Shown here: positions 29,497 through 38,065 of the stretch, piece after piece
How positions within the stretch are numbered: the first letter of the stretch is position 1
How the letters are laid out: each line of letters starts with the position of its first letter
Assembly (NCBI GenBank): GCA_027592105.1
Contig: JAQCLA010000001.1
Location: 1 to 56,015, forward strand
Direction: 5' to 3'
From: Pseudomonadota bacterium
Lineage (GTDB): Bacteria; Pseudomonadota; Alphaproteobacteria; Rhodobacterales; Rhodobacteraceae
DNA length: 56,015 nucleotides
Notes under the pieces: generated by a model
The model's input: only the letters and a program-made list of their open reading frames with translations
The model's database searches: none
Told to the model about the DNA's origin: nothing
Made by a program: the position numbers and the translations under genes

Positions 29497-30182
29497 GCCC
29501 GTGTCTCCATAGCGTTAAGGGTTGCGATGACCGCCCCCGAGGGCATGACATCGGCATATTTCCCGTTCATGTCCCATAGGTTGACGGCATGTGATGTTGG
29601 CGCGCGGTCATAGACGCAATCCTCGGGCACGATGACCTTGAAATTGAGTGCAAACGCATCCGTAACCGAAGACCTGACGCAACCCGATGTGGTGCAGCCC
29701 GTCACCACCAGCGTATCGACACCCAGATCGATGAGATGGCTGGTCAGCGGTGTTCCAAAGAACGCGCTTGGGTGTTTCTTGGGCAAAAGCACATCGCCGG
29801 GCACCGGGGCGACCTCGGCGACGAAATCATACCCCTTTGCATCGATCCCCATGATCGAGGGGATTTTCTGTGCCAGTCGCCCGCCATCGGTTGCGGCATT
29901 CTTGGGCGCGACATGGGGGTAGAGGACCGGGAAACCTTTGGCGCGGAACACCGCCAGCAAGGGCGCGATCCGGTCGACTGCCGCCCAACCAACATCACCG
30001 CAAGAGGTGGGGTATTGCTTGATCGCTTCCCAATAAGGCAGCCGCTCTGTGCCAACGGTACGATATTGCACATCAATGATCAGCAGGGCCGGGCGCGTCC
30101 CAAAACCGCCTGCACCGCCAAAGCCTGCGGCAGCATAACGACGTTCTTCTTCTTCGGAGATCACCCCGCTCCAAGCAGTCAT
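29493..30182 (-). CDS. isochorismatase-family amidase (maleamate amidohydrolase NicF / N-carbamoylsarcosine amidase-like)
   Basis: GFGTRPALLIIDVQ, KKHPSAFFGT, GCTTSGCVR (Asp-Lys-Cys triad). Confidence 0.85.
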   Translation of the reverse strand: MTAWSGVISEEEERRYAAAGFGGAGGFGTRPALLIIDVQYRTVGTERLPYWEAIKQYPTSCGDVGWAAVDRIAPLLAVFRAKGFPVLYPHVAPKNAATDGGRLAQKIPSIMGIDAKGYDFVAEVAPVPGDVLLPKKHPSAFFGTPLTSHLIDLGVDTLVVTGCTTSGCVRSSVTDAFALNFKVIVPEDCVYDRAPTSHAVNLWDMNGKYADVMPSGAVIATLNAMETRA

Positions 30183-30207
30183 AGCGCGTTCCTTTGCCGG
30201 GTTCAGC

Positions 30208-30246
30208 TTGTCAACAGTTGACGAACTCGCTGCAAGCTTGTCAACC
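30208..30246. promoter_or_regulatory. candidate FadR/PrpR-type operators
   Basis: Palindrome GTCAAC-A-GTTGAC (30210-30222) plus a TTGTCAAC half site, in a divergent promoter. Confidence 0.62.
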
Positions 30247-30275
30247 TTGCAGCATCGTTACAAACGGGGAACGCG

Positions 30276-31163
30276 ATGGAAATCCGCCAACATGACCGTT
30301 ACGGGTTCAGCGCCTTGCCAGATCGCCCGACCTATACCTGGCCGGGGGGCAAACGGCTGGCGGTCAGCCTATGCAACAATATCGAATGGTTTTCGTTCAT
30401 GTCCGGGCTTGGCAGCGACCACACCTTGCCCGGTGCCGCGCAGACAACGCGCAACTATGCATGGCGCGATTATGGCAACCGGGTCGGCATCTGGTACCTT
30501 TTCGACCTGCTTGATGAATTGGGTCTGCCGTGTTCGCACAACGTGAATGCCGCCGCATTGGCGCACTGCCCCCAAATCGTGGCGCGGATCATCTCCCGTG
30601 GCGACGAGGTGATCGGCCATGGCCTGACAAATTCCGAGCGCCAAGACATCATGGACGAGGCGACCGAGCGCGCGATGATTGCGGCAACATCGGACACCAT
30701 CGCCCAGCATTTCGGTGCGCGCCCCAAGGGCTGGCTTGGCCCCTATATCGTGCAATCACCCGCGACACTCGATCTGCTGAAAGAGGCGGGCTATACCTAT
30801 ACGCTCGATTGGCCTGCCGATGACCAACCATTTTGGATGCGCACCAAAACCGGGCCGATCCTATCGGTGCCCTATTCCATCGAACTCAACGACAGCCCAG
30901 CGCAGGTTTTTCGCCACCACACGGGCGTGGATTTCGAACAGATGATCGTCGATCATTTTGACGAGATGCTGCTGCAATCCGAAAAATATCCGCTGGTCTT
31001 CAATATCGTGATGCATCCTTTCGTCATCGGCCAACCATTTCGCCTGCGCGCATTGCGCCGCGCCTTGGACCATATCTTGGCGCAGCGCGACGATTTGTGG
31101 ATCACTACCCCGGGTGGCATCGCCGCATATGTGGCCACCCTTCCCGAAGGAACGCTGCCATGA
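30276..31163 (+). CDS. polysaccharide deacetylase-fold (PuuE-like) hydrolase
   Basis: WPGGKRLAV, WRDYGNRVGIW, GHGLTN, GWLGP, DWPADDQP, HPFVIGQPFR. Confidence 0.88.
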   Translation: MEIRQHDRYGFSALPDRPTYTWPGGKRLAVSLCNNIEWFSFMSGLGSDHTLPGAAQTTRNYAWRDYGNRVGIWYLFDLLDELGLPCSHNVNAAALAHCPQIVARIISRGDEVIGHGLTNSERQDIMDEATERAMIAATSDTIAQHFGARPKGWLGPYIVQSPATLDLLKEAGYTYTLDWPADDQPFWMRTKTGPILSVPYSIELNDSPAQVFRHHTGVDFEQMIVDHFDEMLLQSEKYPLVFNIVMHPFVIGQPFRLRALRRALDHILAQRDDLWITTPGGIAAYVATLPEGTLP

Positions 31164-31546
31164 CGCGTGATGACCAGATTGGACTTGTCACCCGCTATTT
31201 CAAAGCGGTCGATGACGAAGACTTGATTGCCCTCTTGGATACGCTTTGCCCCGATTGCGTGTTCAGCGTCGAAACCCATGACGTGCGGTTGGAGGGGCAT
31301 GACCAAATCACCGCCATGTTCACCCGGCTTTGGCATGATCACGCAGCAGTGAAGCATCATGAGTTCGTCCATGTCCCCGACCCCGTGACAGGCGGTATCG
31401 CCAGCCGCTTTGCGGTACAAAACACCGCGCAGGACGGCAGGTTGACGCATAAATCCAACTCCAATTTCTTCGAGATCCGTGATGGGCGCTTTGCCACGGT
31501 CCGCGTCTACATGACGGGGCAGAACACGCTAAAGGGCACTGCATGA
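31160..31546 (+). CDS. SnoaL/NTF2-like protein
   Basis: VTRYFKAVD...FFEIRDGRFATVRVY; start reassigned to 31160 (ATGA overlap). Confidence 0.8.
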   Translation: MTRDDQIGLVTRYFKAVDDEDLIALLDTLCPDCVFSVETHDVRLEGHDQITAMFTRLWHDHAAVKHHEFVHVPDPVTGGIASRFAVQNTAQDGRLTHKSNSNFFEIRDGRFATVRVYMTGQNTLKGTA

Positions 31547-31920
31547 CCGATGATGATCTGAGCGCCCTCGCGCAGCGATATTTCACCGCCTTGGACGCGC
31601 GCGATCCCGATGCATTAGGTCAAACCCTTGCGGATGATTGTCGCGTTACGATCGAAACACATGGCATCACCTATGATGGGCGCGCGGCGATCTGCGATCT
31701 TTTCGCCACGCGTTGGCAGGGCCCGATGCGGGCCATGCACCATGATTTCAGCCATTCCCCCTCGGCCAGCACGGGGCGGATCGCCAGCCAGTTCACGGTA
31801 ACTTATTCCGGCCCCGGCGCGCCGGAGCCGAAATCCAATGCCAATATCTTTTGCATGGCAGACGGCAAAATCACCGAGATTGCCGTCTACATGGCGGGCG
31901 CCAACACCATCAAGACGTAA
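31543..31920 (+). CDS. SnoaL/NTF2-like protein (tandem paralogue)
   Basis: QRYFTALD...ADGKITEIAVY; shares the ETH, IASxF, KSNxN and YMxGxNT motifs with the upstream gene. Confidence 0.8.
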   Translation: MTDDDLSALAQRYFTALDARDPDALGQTLADDCRVTIETHGITYDGRAAICDLFATRWQGPMRAMHHDFSHSPSASTGRIASQFTVTYSGPGAPEPKSNANIFCMADGKITEIAVYMAGANTIKT

Positions 31921-32581
31921 GCAGGCCCAGCACCTCATCGGTCGAGCGCACCTTGCCAAAGAAGCGGGCGAAATTGCGCATCGTGCCCTCGTGCAATTCC
32001 TTGTGGGTGGTCGCGCAGGCATCTTCGACCAGCGTGACGGCATAGCCACGATCGGCCGCTTCACGGGCGGTCGTTTCCACGCACATGTTGCTCGACACGC
32101 CAACCATGAAAAGATGCTCACGGTCCATCGTGCGCAAAAGGTGGTCCAACCCCGTGGAAGCAAAGGCCCCGATCGATGTTTTGCGCACGATCGGATCACC
32201 CGGTTCGGGGGCCAGCTCTTCGATAATCTGGTGGGCGCGCTGACCTTCGTAATTATTCACCGATTGAAAGAAGCTGCGCATATGCACTGGCGCATCCGAG
32301 CAATCGGAAAGCGCCGCGCCGATGGTGATATAGACGACCTTGCCGCCCGCCGCTCGCATCGCCTTGATCAAGCGTTGGGTGTTGGGGATGACCAGCGCAT
32401 CGATCCGGTCGAAACGCCAATCGGTCACGCCATTGCCCTCGGCCTTCATCTTCGCCGCCAAGGGGCCGCTGCGGTGGCCGGTCGCATATTGCATGTCGAC
32501 GATCACAAGGGCCGAGCGGGCGGGCTCCGTGATCCTTTCGGCGTTGAATTGGCCGACATAGTCGACGTTGATCTGGCTCAT
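31910..32581 (-). CDS. isochorismatase-family cysteine hydrolase
   Basis: ALVIVDMQY, RKTSIGAF, GVSSNMCVETTAREA. Confidence 0.87.
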   Translation of the reverse strand: MSQINVDYVGQFNAERITEPARSALVIVDMQYATGHRSGPLAAKMKAEGNGVTDWRFDRIDALVIPNTQRLIKAMRAAGGKVVYITIGAALSDCSDAPVHMRSFFQSVNNYEGQRAHQIIEELAPEPGDPIVRKTSIGAFASTGLDHLLRTMDREHLFMVGVSSNMCVETTAREAADRGYAVTLVEDACATTHKELHEGTMRNFARFFGKVRSTDEVLGLLTS

Positions 32582-33984
32582 GGTCTATCCTTTTCGATGT
32601 CGTGAAGGGTGACGGGAAAGAGCGCGTCAAGCGCATCCCAGGTATCGAGTTGCATGATATGATAAAGCGAAAACGCATAGGCCGGCCCTGCGTCCAGCTC
32701 GGGCGGGGTGATCGGAAAGGCCAAGTTGCCGCCGGTACAAAGCCTACCATCAAAGCCCCAATGCAAGAGCTGTTGGCGCGCGGTGGCGGCAACAGCGCGG
32801 GCCGTCTCGAGATCAGGGGCGGTGCATTCGCCGAATAAAAAGACCTCGCGCGGGGTGGTCGTCGGGGGCGTGGGCCAATCCATTACCCCGTCAATACCAT
32901 AGCGGCGAAACTGGAGCGTCCAGGGCGCGTCTTGCGTTTGCGGGATCATCTCGGCGACCAAGTCACACACAGCCGCCAAGATCTCGGACGAGGCCGCGAT
33001 AAAGCCGGGATCGGCGACCCCGGCCAAGATGGCAACGCGGTGGCCGACCGGGCGGGCGGCCTCGACCTTGACGCTGGGTTGTGCGGCGTCATGCCAGACG
33101 GCTCCGCTGACATGGACACGGCGCGTATCGATTGCGGTATAGCGCGCAGCGCTGAGATCGACATGCCCCTCAGGCTCGAAAACGCAAGTTGGATCGGCCT
33201 GTTCGTAAAGCGCATGGGCCGCGACCGACAAAGGCGTCGCTGCGCGTGTGGGGTTCATGCTTTCCAAGCTGAACCCATCGCCCGACAGCGTGGCCAGCAT
33301 CGCATCACGCCCACCCGGTTCGCAACACAGCGAGGTACATTCGAGGATCTTGGCCATATGGACCGCCGGCCCCTTGGGGTAGCCCAAAAGGACGGGAACC
33401 ACGGCAAAGAGGGCGGTATCGCAGGCGCGCCCTGCAAGGATCACATCCGCACCTGCCGCCAAGGCGGTGGCAAAGGCGCGCTGGCCCATCTGGCCCACGA
33501 TATGGGTCGATGGCGCGATCTGTGCCGTGATCGGGCCAATAGGGGCAAGCCGGTTGGCATGTTCGGCCGCCTGCACCATGTCGCGGGGCATATCGGCCGC
33601 GATCGTTGCAAGGCGGAACGCAAGGCCAAGTTCGGCTGCGACCGAACGCAAAAGGGCGTCGACCTCTGCCAGATGCGGCGCGGCCCCGGCTGTGCCCGCG
33701 CTACCGATCAATAGCGGCACATCCAGATCGCGCGCGGCGCGCAGCACCATCGCCAGATCGCGCCGTACCATCGAAGGCGCCGCCGCCATCTTCCCCGATC
33801 CAAGGTAATGCGGCCCCGGATCGATGGAACCCATATCGGCGGCGATCACATGCGGCGCGCGGGCAATGCCTGCGTCAAAGGCCGCTTTTGGGATCCCCAG
33901 CCCCAATTGCCCCGAAGCCGCCAAAACGCGCAGCGGCGCATCCGTCCCCGGCCAGTCAGCGGCTAGGCGCGAAAAGGCACTCAT
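32578..33984 (-). CDS. AtuA-like (DUF1446) protein
   Basis: DMGSIDPGPHYLG, IGSAGTAG, VGQMG, GRACD, HMAKILEC, VAAHALYE. Confidence 0.75.
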   Translation of the reverse strand: MSAFSRLAADWPGTDAPLRVLAASGQLGLGIPKAAFDAGIARAPHVIAADMGSIDPGPHYLGSGKMAAAPSMVRRDLAMVLRAARDLDVPLLIGSAGTAGAAPHLAEVDALLRSVAAELGLAFRLATIAADMPRDMVQAAEHANRLAPIGPITAQIAPSTHIVGQMGQRAFATALAAGADVILAGRACDTALFAVVPVLLGYPKGPAVHMAKILECTSLCCEPGGRDAMLATLSGDGFSLESMNPTRAATPLSVAAHALYEQADPTCVFEPEGHVDLSAARYTAIDTRRVHVSGAVWHDAAQPSVKVEAARPVGHRVAILAGVADPGFIAASSEILAAVCDLVAEMIPQTQDAPWTLQFRRYGIDGVMDWPTPPTTTPREVFLFGECTAPDLETARAVAATARQQLLHWGFDGRLCTGGNLAFPITPPELDAGPAYAFSLYHIMQLDTWDALDALFPVTLHDIEKDRP

Positions 33985-34280
33985 ACAATCAAATCCAACA
34001 AGGGCGTATGCTGCTGCGCGCCATAGGCGTCGCGATCACCGGGCGCACCCGCAGGAACGCTGCGTGGCAAAACGATCTTGACCGCATGAGCCGATGGCAC
34101 GGTCATGATGCGCACATCCTCCGGTCTGCGGGCATAGCAGCGCGCCACGGCCGCCACTGTCAACGAGGCGACACCACGCGCAAAACCCGGCGCATCGGCG
34201 AAGAGCACATCAACCGTCAAAAGGGTCGGCCCGGCATTTTTGGAACGGATCACCCGTGCAAGGTCAGACAAGATCATCAT
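33981..34280 (-). CDS. DUF4387-family protein
   Basis: LARVIRSKNAGP and GDRDAYGAQQHTPL; the usual partner of AtuA-like genes. Start reassigned to 34280. Confidence 0.75.
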   Translation of the reverse strand: MMILSDLARVIRSKNAGPTLLTVDVLFADAPGFARGVASLTVAAVARCYARRPEDVRIMTVPSAHAVKIVLPRSVPAGAPGDRDAYGAQQHTPLLDLIV

Positions 34281-35175
34281 TGGCCCCCCATGCGGCGCGG
34301 CAATGATCGGCAATCTGACTTGGCGTCGCGCTCCAGATACCATCGATCGCGCAGAGCCGATCCAACGCCGCGCGCAGGTAGCGGATGCGATGCGGCTGTC
34401 CGATTACCCAAGGATGCAAGGACAACAAAAAGCTGCGGCCACCTTCGGCCGCCAATGCCGTGGCCGCGTCGCCGACAAGGCCGGGGTAACGCGGATTGGG
34501 CACCTTGCGCAGCCAAAGGGCCGTAACATCATCCCATTCCATTTGGTTCGGGATCGAGACAAGCGAAGGGCTTGTCAAAAACGGATAGGGTTGGTCGTCA
34601 TTGGGCCAATCAAGCAAGTGATCATAGCCCGCCTCGGCCAAAAGTTGCGGCGTCTTGGTGCTTTCGCCGCTGTCTGGACCCAGCCAGCCCCTTGGACGCT
34701 GGCCCAACACACGGGTGAAGGTAGCGGTTGTGCGCGCGATCAAGTCGCGCTCCTCGCGCTCGGACATCGCGGCGGTCAGCATGCGTGATTGGTATTCACC
34801 ATGCGCCACGAATTCCGCCCCCAGCGCCTGCAATTCTGCAACGGCGCGCGGATAGCGTTCAAGCGCGCTAGCATTGGCCGCAACGCTGAGCTTTAGTCCA
34901 CGCTCCTTGAGCGCTTGCAAGACACGGAACAGCCCGATCCGGTTGCCGTATTCGCGCTGGGTAAAAGGGCGATATTCCGGAAAGTAAAACCCGTATTCGC
35001 CGGTGAAGCGGCTGTCGCGCCATGCGCCCTCGGGCGGTTCCAACTCCCAGTACTCGAGATGGATCAGCACACAGACCGCCATGCGCGCGCCGCCCGGCCA
35101 TGAAAGCGGCTGACGCGTCGGCATGGCGGAAAATGCGTATAGGCTGTGGTCCATCCCCTCGCGCCGGCGGGTCAT
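34264..35175 (-). CDS. PuuE-like hydrolase, 'B' type (paralogue of 17691..18596)
   Basis: GMDHSLY, WPGGARMA, REYGNRIGLFR, DWPNDDQPY, LHPWVIGQPHRI. Confidence 0.85.
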   Translation of the reverse strand: MTRRREGMDHSLYAFSAMPTRQPLSWPGGARMAVCVLIHLEYWELEPPEGAWRDSRFTGEYGFYFPEYRPFTQREYGNRIGLFRVLQALKERGLKLSVAANASALERYPRAVAELQALGAEFVAHGEYQSRMLTAAMSEREERDLIARTTATFTRVLGQRPRGWLGPDSGESTKTPQLLAEAGYDHLLDWPNDDQPYPFLTSPSLVSIPNQMEWDDVTALWLRKVPNPRYPGLVGDAATALAAEGGRSFLLSLHPWVIGQPHRIRYLRAALDRLCAIDGIWSATPSQIADHCRAAWGANDDLV

Positions 35176-36083
35176 GGGGCAAGCCCTTCGTGCCAAGCGA
35201 TGTGATCTTGGCAATGGGCAAGATAGTGATCGGCGATCTCTTCGCCCGTCGCGGCCCAGACGCCGTCATGCCCAAGCACATATTCCAAAGCGCGCGCCAG
35301 ATGCGCGATGCGATGCGGCTGTCCCATCATATAGGGGTGCAGCGCGATGCACATGACCTGACCGCCCTCGGCATATAGCTCGTCAAAGCTGTCGCGGATC
35401 ATTTGTGCCATATCCTCGGCCTCGAATTGCTGCCGGTGCAGGATCGAGTCGTTGAGGTCCATCGTATAGGGCAATGTGATCAGGCGCCCCGTCGTCGTGC
35501 GCAGCGGCACGGGTTGGTCATCATGATGCCAATCGGTGTAATATGTGATGCCCGCCTCGGCGATCAGATCAGGCGTGTTGAGGGTGTAAGAGGCGGCCGG
35601 GCTAAACCAGCCACGGATCTGCCGCCCCGTCAGTTCGCCGTAAAGATCCACACATTCGCGGATCGCCACGCGTTCCTCTTCCTCGGAATAATTCCAGTGA
35701 TAGCGGGTATTATACATGCCGTGACACAGCACCGACCACTTGCGCGCCTCCATCGCGTGAAAGATCTCGGGGTAATGCACCCAATTCGCTATCGACAGCG
35801 AGACCGTGGCGCGCAGCGCAAGCCGGTCGAAAAGGTCGAACATCCGCCAAAGGCCAACGCGGTTGCCATAATCGCGCGATCCATAGCCAATCACATCGGG
35901 ATGCGGTGTACGCGGCCATGGGTTGCGTACCGGCGATGGCAGTGGCCTGTATTCGTAATGCTCGACATTGGGCACCACCCACAGCGCCAATTTTGCACCA
36001 TTTGGCCAAACGATCTTCGGCCGATCCGGCCAAGCCGAGTAGGGCGCGCGGTCTGCATGGGAAAATGGGTGTTGAGATGGCAC
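35172..36083 (-). CDS. PuuE-like hydrolase, 'A' type (paralogue of 18593..19471)
   Basis: WVVPNVEHYEY, WPRTPHPDV, RDYGNRVGLWR, HGMYNTRYHW, LHPYMMGQPHRI. Start taken as GTG 36083. Confidence 0.87.
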   Translation of the reverse strand: MPSQHPFSHADRAPYSAWPDRPKIVWPNGAKLALWVVPNVEHYEYRPLPSPVRNPWPRTPHPDVIGYGSRDYGNRVGLWRMFDLFDRLALRATVSLSIANWVHYPEIFHAMEARKWSVLCHGMYNTRYHWNYSEEEERVAIRECVDLYGELTGRQIRGWFSPAASYTLNTPDLIAEAGITYYTDWHHDDQPVPLRTTTGRLITLPYTMDLNDSILHRQQFEAEDMAQMIRDSFDELYAEGGQVMCIALHPYMMGQPHRIAHLARALEYVLGHDGVWAATGEEIADHYLAHCQDHIAWHEGLAP

Positions 36084-36100
36084 CGCGCTGTCTCTCTGCA

Positions 36101-36114
36101 AACTGTTTACAGTT
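36101..36114. promoter_or_regulatory. candidate FadR/PrpR-type operator
   Basis: AACTGTTTACAGTT near-palindrome with the same TGTNNACAGTT core as 22324 and 30209, in a divergent promoter. Confidence 0.55.
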
Positions 36115-36171
36115 CATACTAAACAAGACAGGCTATACAGCAAGCCCCGACACGCCGCTGCTGGAGGTAGG

Positions 36172-37035
36172 ATGCGAAAAACCACCCGACTAAAGGCGCT
36201 GATCGAAGCGCCGGAACTTTTGGTGATGCCGGGGGCTTATGATGCGCTTTCGGCAATGCTGATCGAAAAGGCGGGGTTTGGTGCTGTGCAGGCGTCGGGA
36301 TTTGGGCTGGCGGCCAGTCACCTTGGCCTGCCTGATATCGGTATCCTTGGGTTTCGCGAAATGCTCGACCGCACCCGCGTTTTGGTTGAGGCCGTGTCTA
36401 TACCCGTCATGGCCGATGGTGATACGGGCTTTGGCGATGCCGCGACGACATGGCATATCGTGCGGGCCTTCGAGGCGGCAGGGGCCGCCGGTATCAATCT
36501 AGAGGATCAGGTCAGCCCAAAACGCTGTGGTCATTTCACCGGCAAATCCGTAATCGCGATGGAGGAGATGGTCGGCAAGCTGCGCGCCGCCGTCGATGCC
36601 AAGCAAGACAAGGATTTTGTTATCAATGCACGCACCGACGCGCTGCAACCGCTGGGCGTGGACGAGGCGATCAGACGCGGAAACGCCTATGCCGCAGCAG
36701 GGGCCACGCTGATCTTTGTCGATGGGATCGAAACTCGCGAAGAAGTGCGCCGCGTGATCGCCGAAATCGACGCCCCGGTCTCGATCAACATGGTCGAAGG
36801 CGGGCGCACACCGCTGTTCACATTTGCCGAATTACAAGCCTTGGGTGCGGCGCGCGTATCTTGCCCGATCACCACGATCCTTGCCGCCATGAAAGGCGTA
36901 CAAGCTGCGTTGGCCGCGCTGATGGAAAGCGGCGCACCGGGATCAAGCCCTGCGCTGCTTGCCGGGTTCGACGAGATCAAGGATCAACTCGACACGGCAA
37001 AATTCGACGCGCTCGGCGCGCGGTTCAACGGCTAG
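36172..37035 (+). CDS. isocitrate lyase/PEP mutase family lyase, copy 3
   Basis: PGAYDALSA, DGDTGFG, EDQVSPKRCGH, NARTDA. Confidence 0.88.
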   Translation: MRKTTRLKALIEAPELLVMPGAYDALSAMLIEKAGFGAVQASGFGLAASHLGLPDIGILGFREMLDRTRVLVEAVSIPVMADGDTGFGDAATTWHIVRAFEAAGAAGINLEDQVSPKRCGHFTGKSVIAMEEMVGKLRAAVDAKQDKDFVINARTDALQPLGVDEAIRRGNAYAAAGATLIFVDGIETREEVRRVIAEIDAPVSINMVEGGRTPLFTFAELQALGAARVSCPITTILAAMKGVQAALAALMESGAPGSSPALLAGFDEIKDQLDTAKFDALGARFNG

Positions 37036-37592
37036 GTGGGGCGATGCTCGGACAGATCGTTCCAGACTTCTTGCCGGACAATACGACCTGCGACCAGCTC
37101 GAAGCGGTCACAAAAGCGGATCCCTGCGAAGGGCGCACCACCAACCCATGCGCCGTAAAGCGTGCCACGGCACCACACGATTGCTCGTTCGCCTTCAAAG
37201 GCTTGATCATAATCCTCGAAGCGTTTGGCGACATGGTCGTAACGTGTCTTGCTCCACTCGATCAGATCTTCGAGCGAGGTCATCGTGCGACCGCTGGGAA
37301 AGGTCATGGTAAAGTCGGCATGCAGATGCGCCTTGGCGCGCGCAAGATCACGTGCCTCCATGGCGGCGAGGTAATCGGCAACCACTGCAGCCGCCCCCGG
37401 CACCGGCGCGCCGGGCTTTCGCGCGACACCGCCGCGCATGTAATTTGTCGGCGGCACCTCTTCAGCGATGACGGTGATCCCCTCAGGCGGCGCGGCAATC
37501 GTTGCACGCACCGCATCGGTCATGCGCCGCGACAGCGTAGCGATGGTCTCGGCGTCATAGCCTTCGATCAGCGTGACCTTGATGACGGGCAT
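37032..37592 (-). CDS. 4-oxalocrotonate tautomerase-like / SnoaL-like fusion protein
   Basis: Start ATG 37592 after an AGGAGA RBS gives Pro-1 (M-PVIKVTLIEG). The C-terminal half VVADYLAAME...FELVAGRIVRQEVWND is NTF2-like. Confidence 0.8.
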   Translation of the reverse strand: MPVIKVTLIEGYDAETIATLSRRMTDAVRATIAAPPEGITVIAEEVPPTNYMRGGVARKPGAPVPGAAAVVADYLAAMEARDLARAKAHLHADFTMTFPSGRTMTSLEDLIEWSKTRYDHVAKRFEDYDQAFEGERAIVWCRGTLYGAWVGGAPFAGIRFCDRFELVAGRIVRQEVWNDLSEHRPT

Positions 37593-37678
37593 GGGGATCT
37601 CCTGTTTTATGTTGCGTCGGACCCTACGCCAGTATGCTGGGGGCGCAAGGGTCGCTTGCCAGAAGATAGGAGGGTGAC

Positions 37679-38065
37679 GTGACATTCACTGTGCAACAGA
37701 TCGACCATGTGGTGCTTTATGTCTCTGATTTGGACCGCGCCAAACGGTTTTACGAAACTGTGCTTGGGTGCAAATTGTTGCGCCACAATGAAAGGCTTAA
37801 CCTGATGCATCTTGCAGCAGGCAGTTCGATGATCGACCTGTTGCTGATGCCCGAACAAGACGGTGCCGGGCGCAACGTCGATCACATCGCCTTGCAGGTG
37901 ACCCCTTTTGATGCCGCCGCCATTTCCGCACATTTGCGCCGCTACGGGGTGGAACCCACGGCACCACGCGATCGTTTCGGCGCGGGCGGTGTCGGCCCCT
38001 CGCTAACATTTCTTGACCCCGACGGAAACAAGATCGAACTCAAAGGACCGTCACAAGCGCCATGA
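37679..38065 (+). CDS. VOC/glyoxalase family protein
   Basis: IDHVVLYVSDLDRAKRFY, VDHIAL, FLDPDGNKIEL. Confidence 0.88.
   Translation: MTFTVQQIDHVVLYVSDLDRAKRFYETVLGCKLLRHNERLNLMHLAAGSSMIDLLLMPEQDGAGRNVDHIALQVTPFDAAAISAHLRRYGVEPTAPRDRFGAGGVGPSLTFLDPDGNKIELKGPSQAP

Noticed and set aside
36450-37682. 410-aa plus-strand ORF and similar Arg-rich alternative-frame ORFs
   Set aside because: Off-frame or antisense overlaps of well-supported genes.
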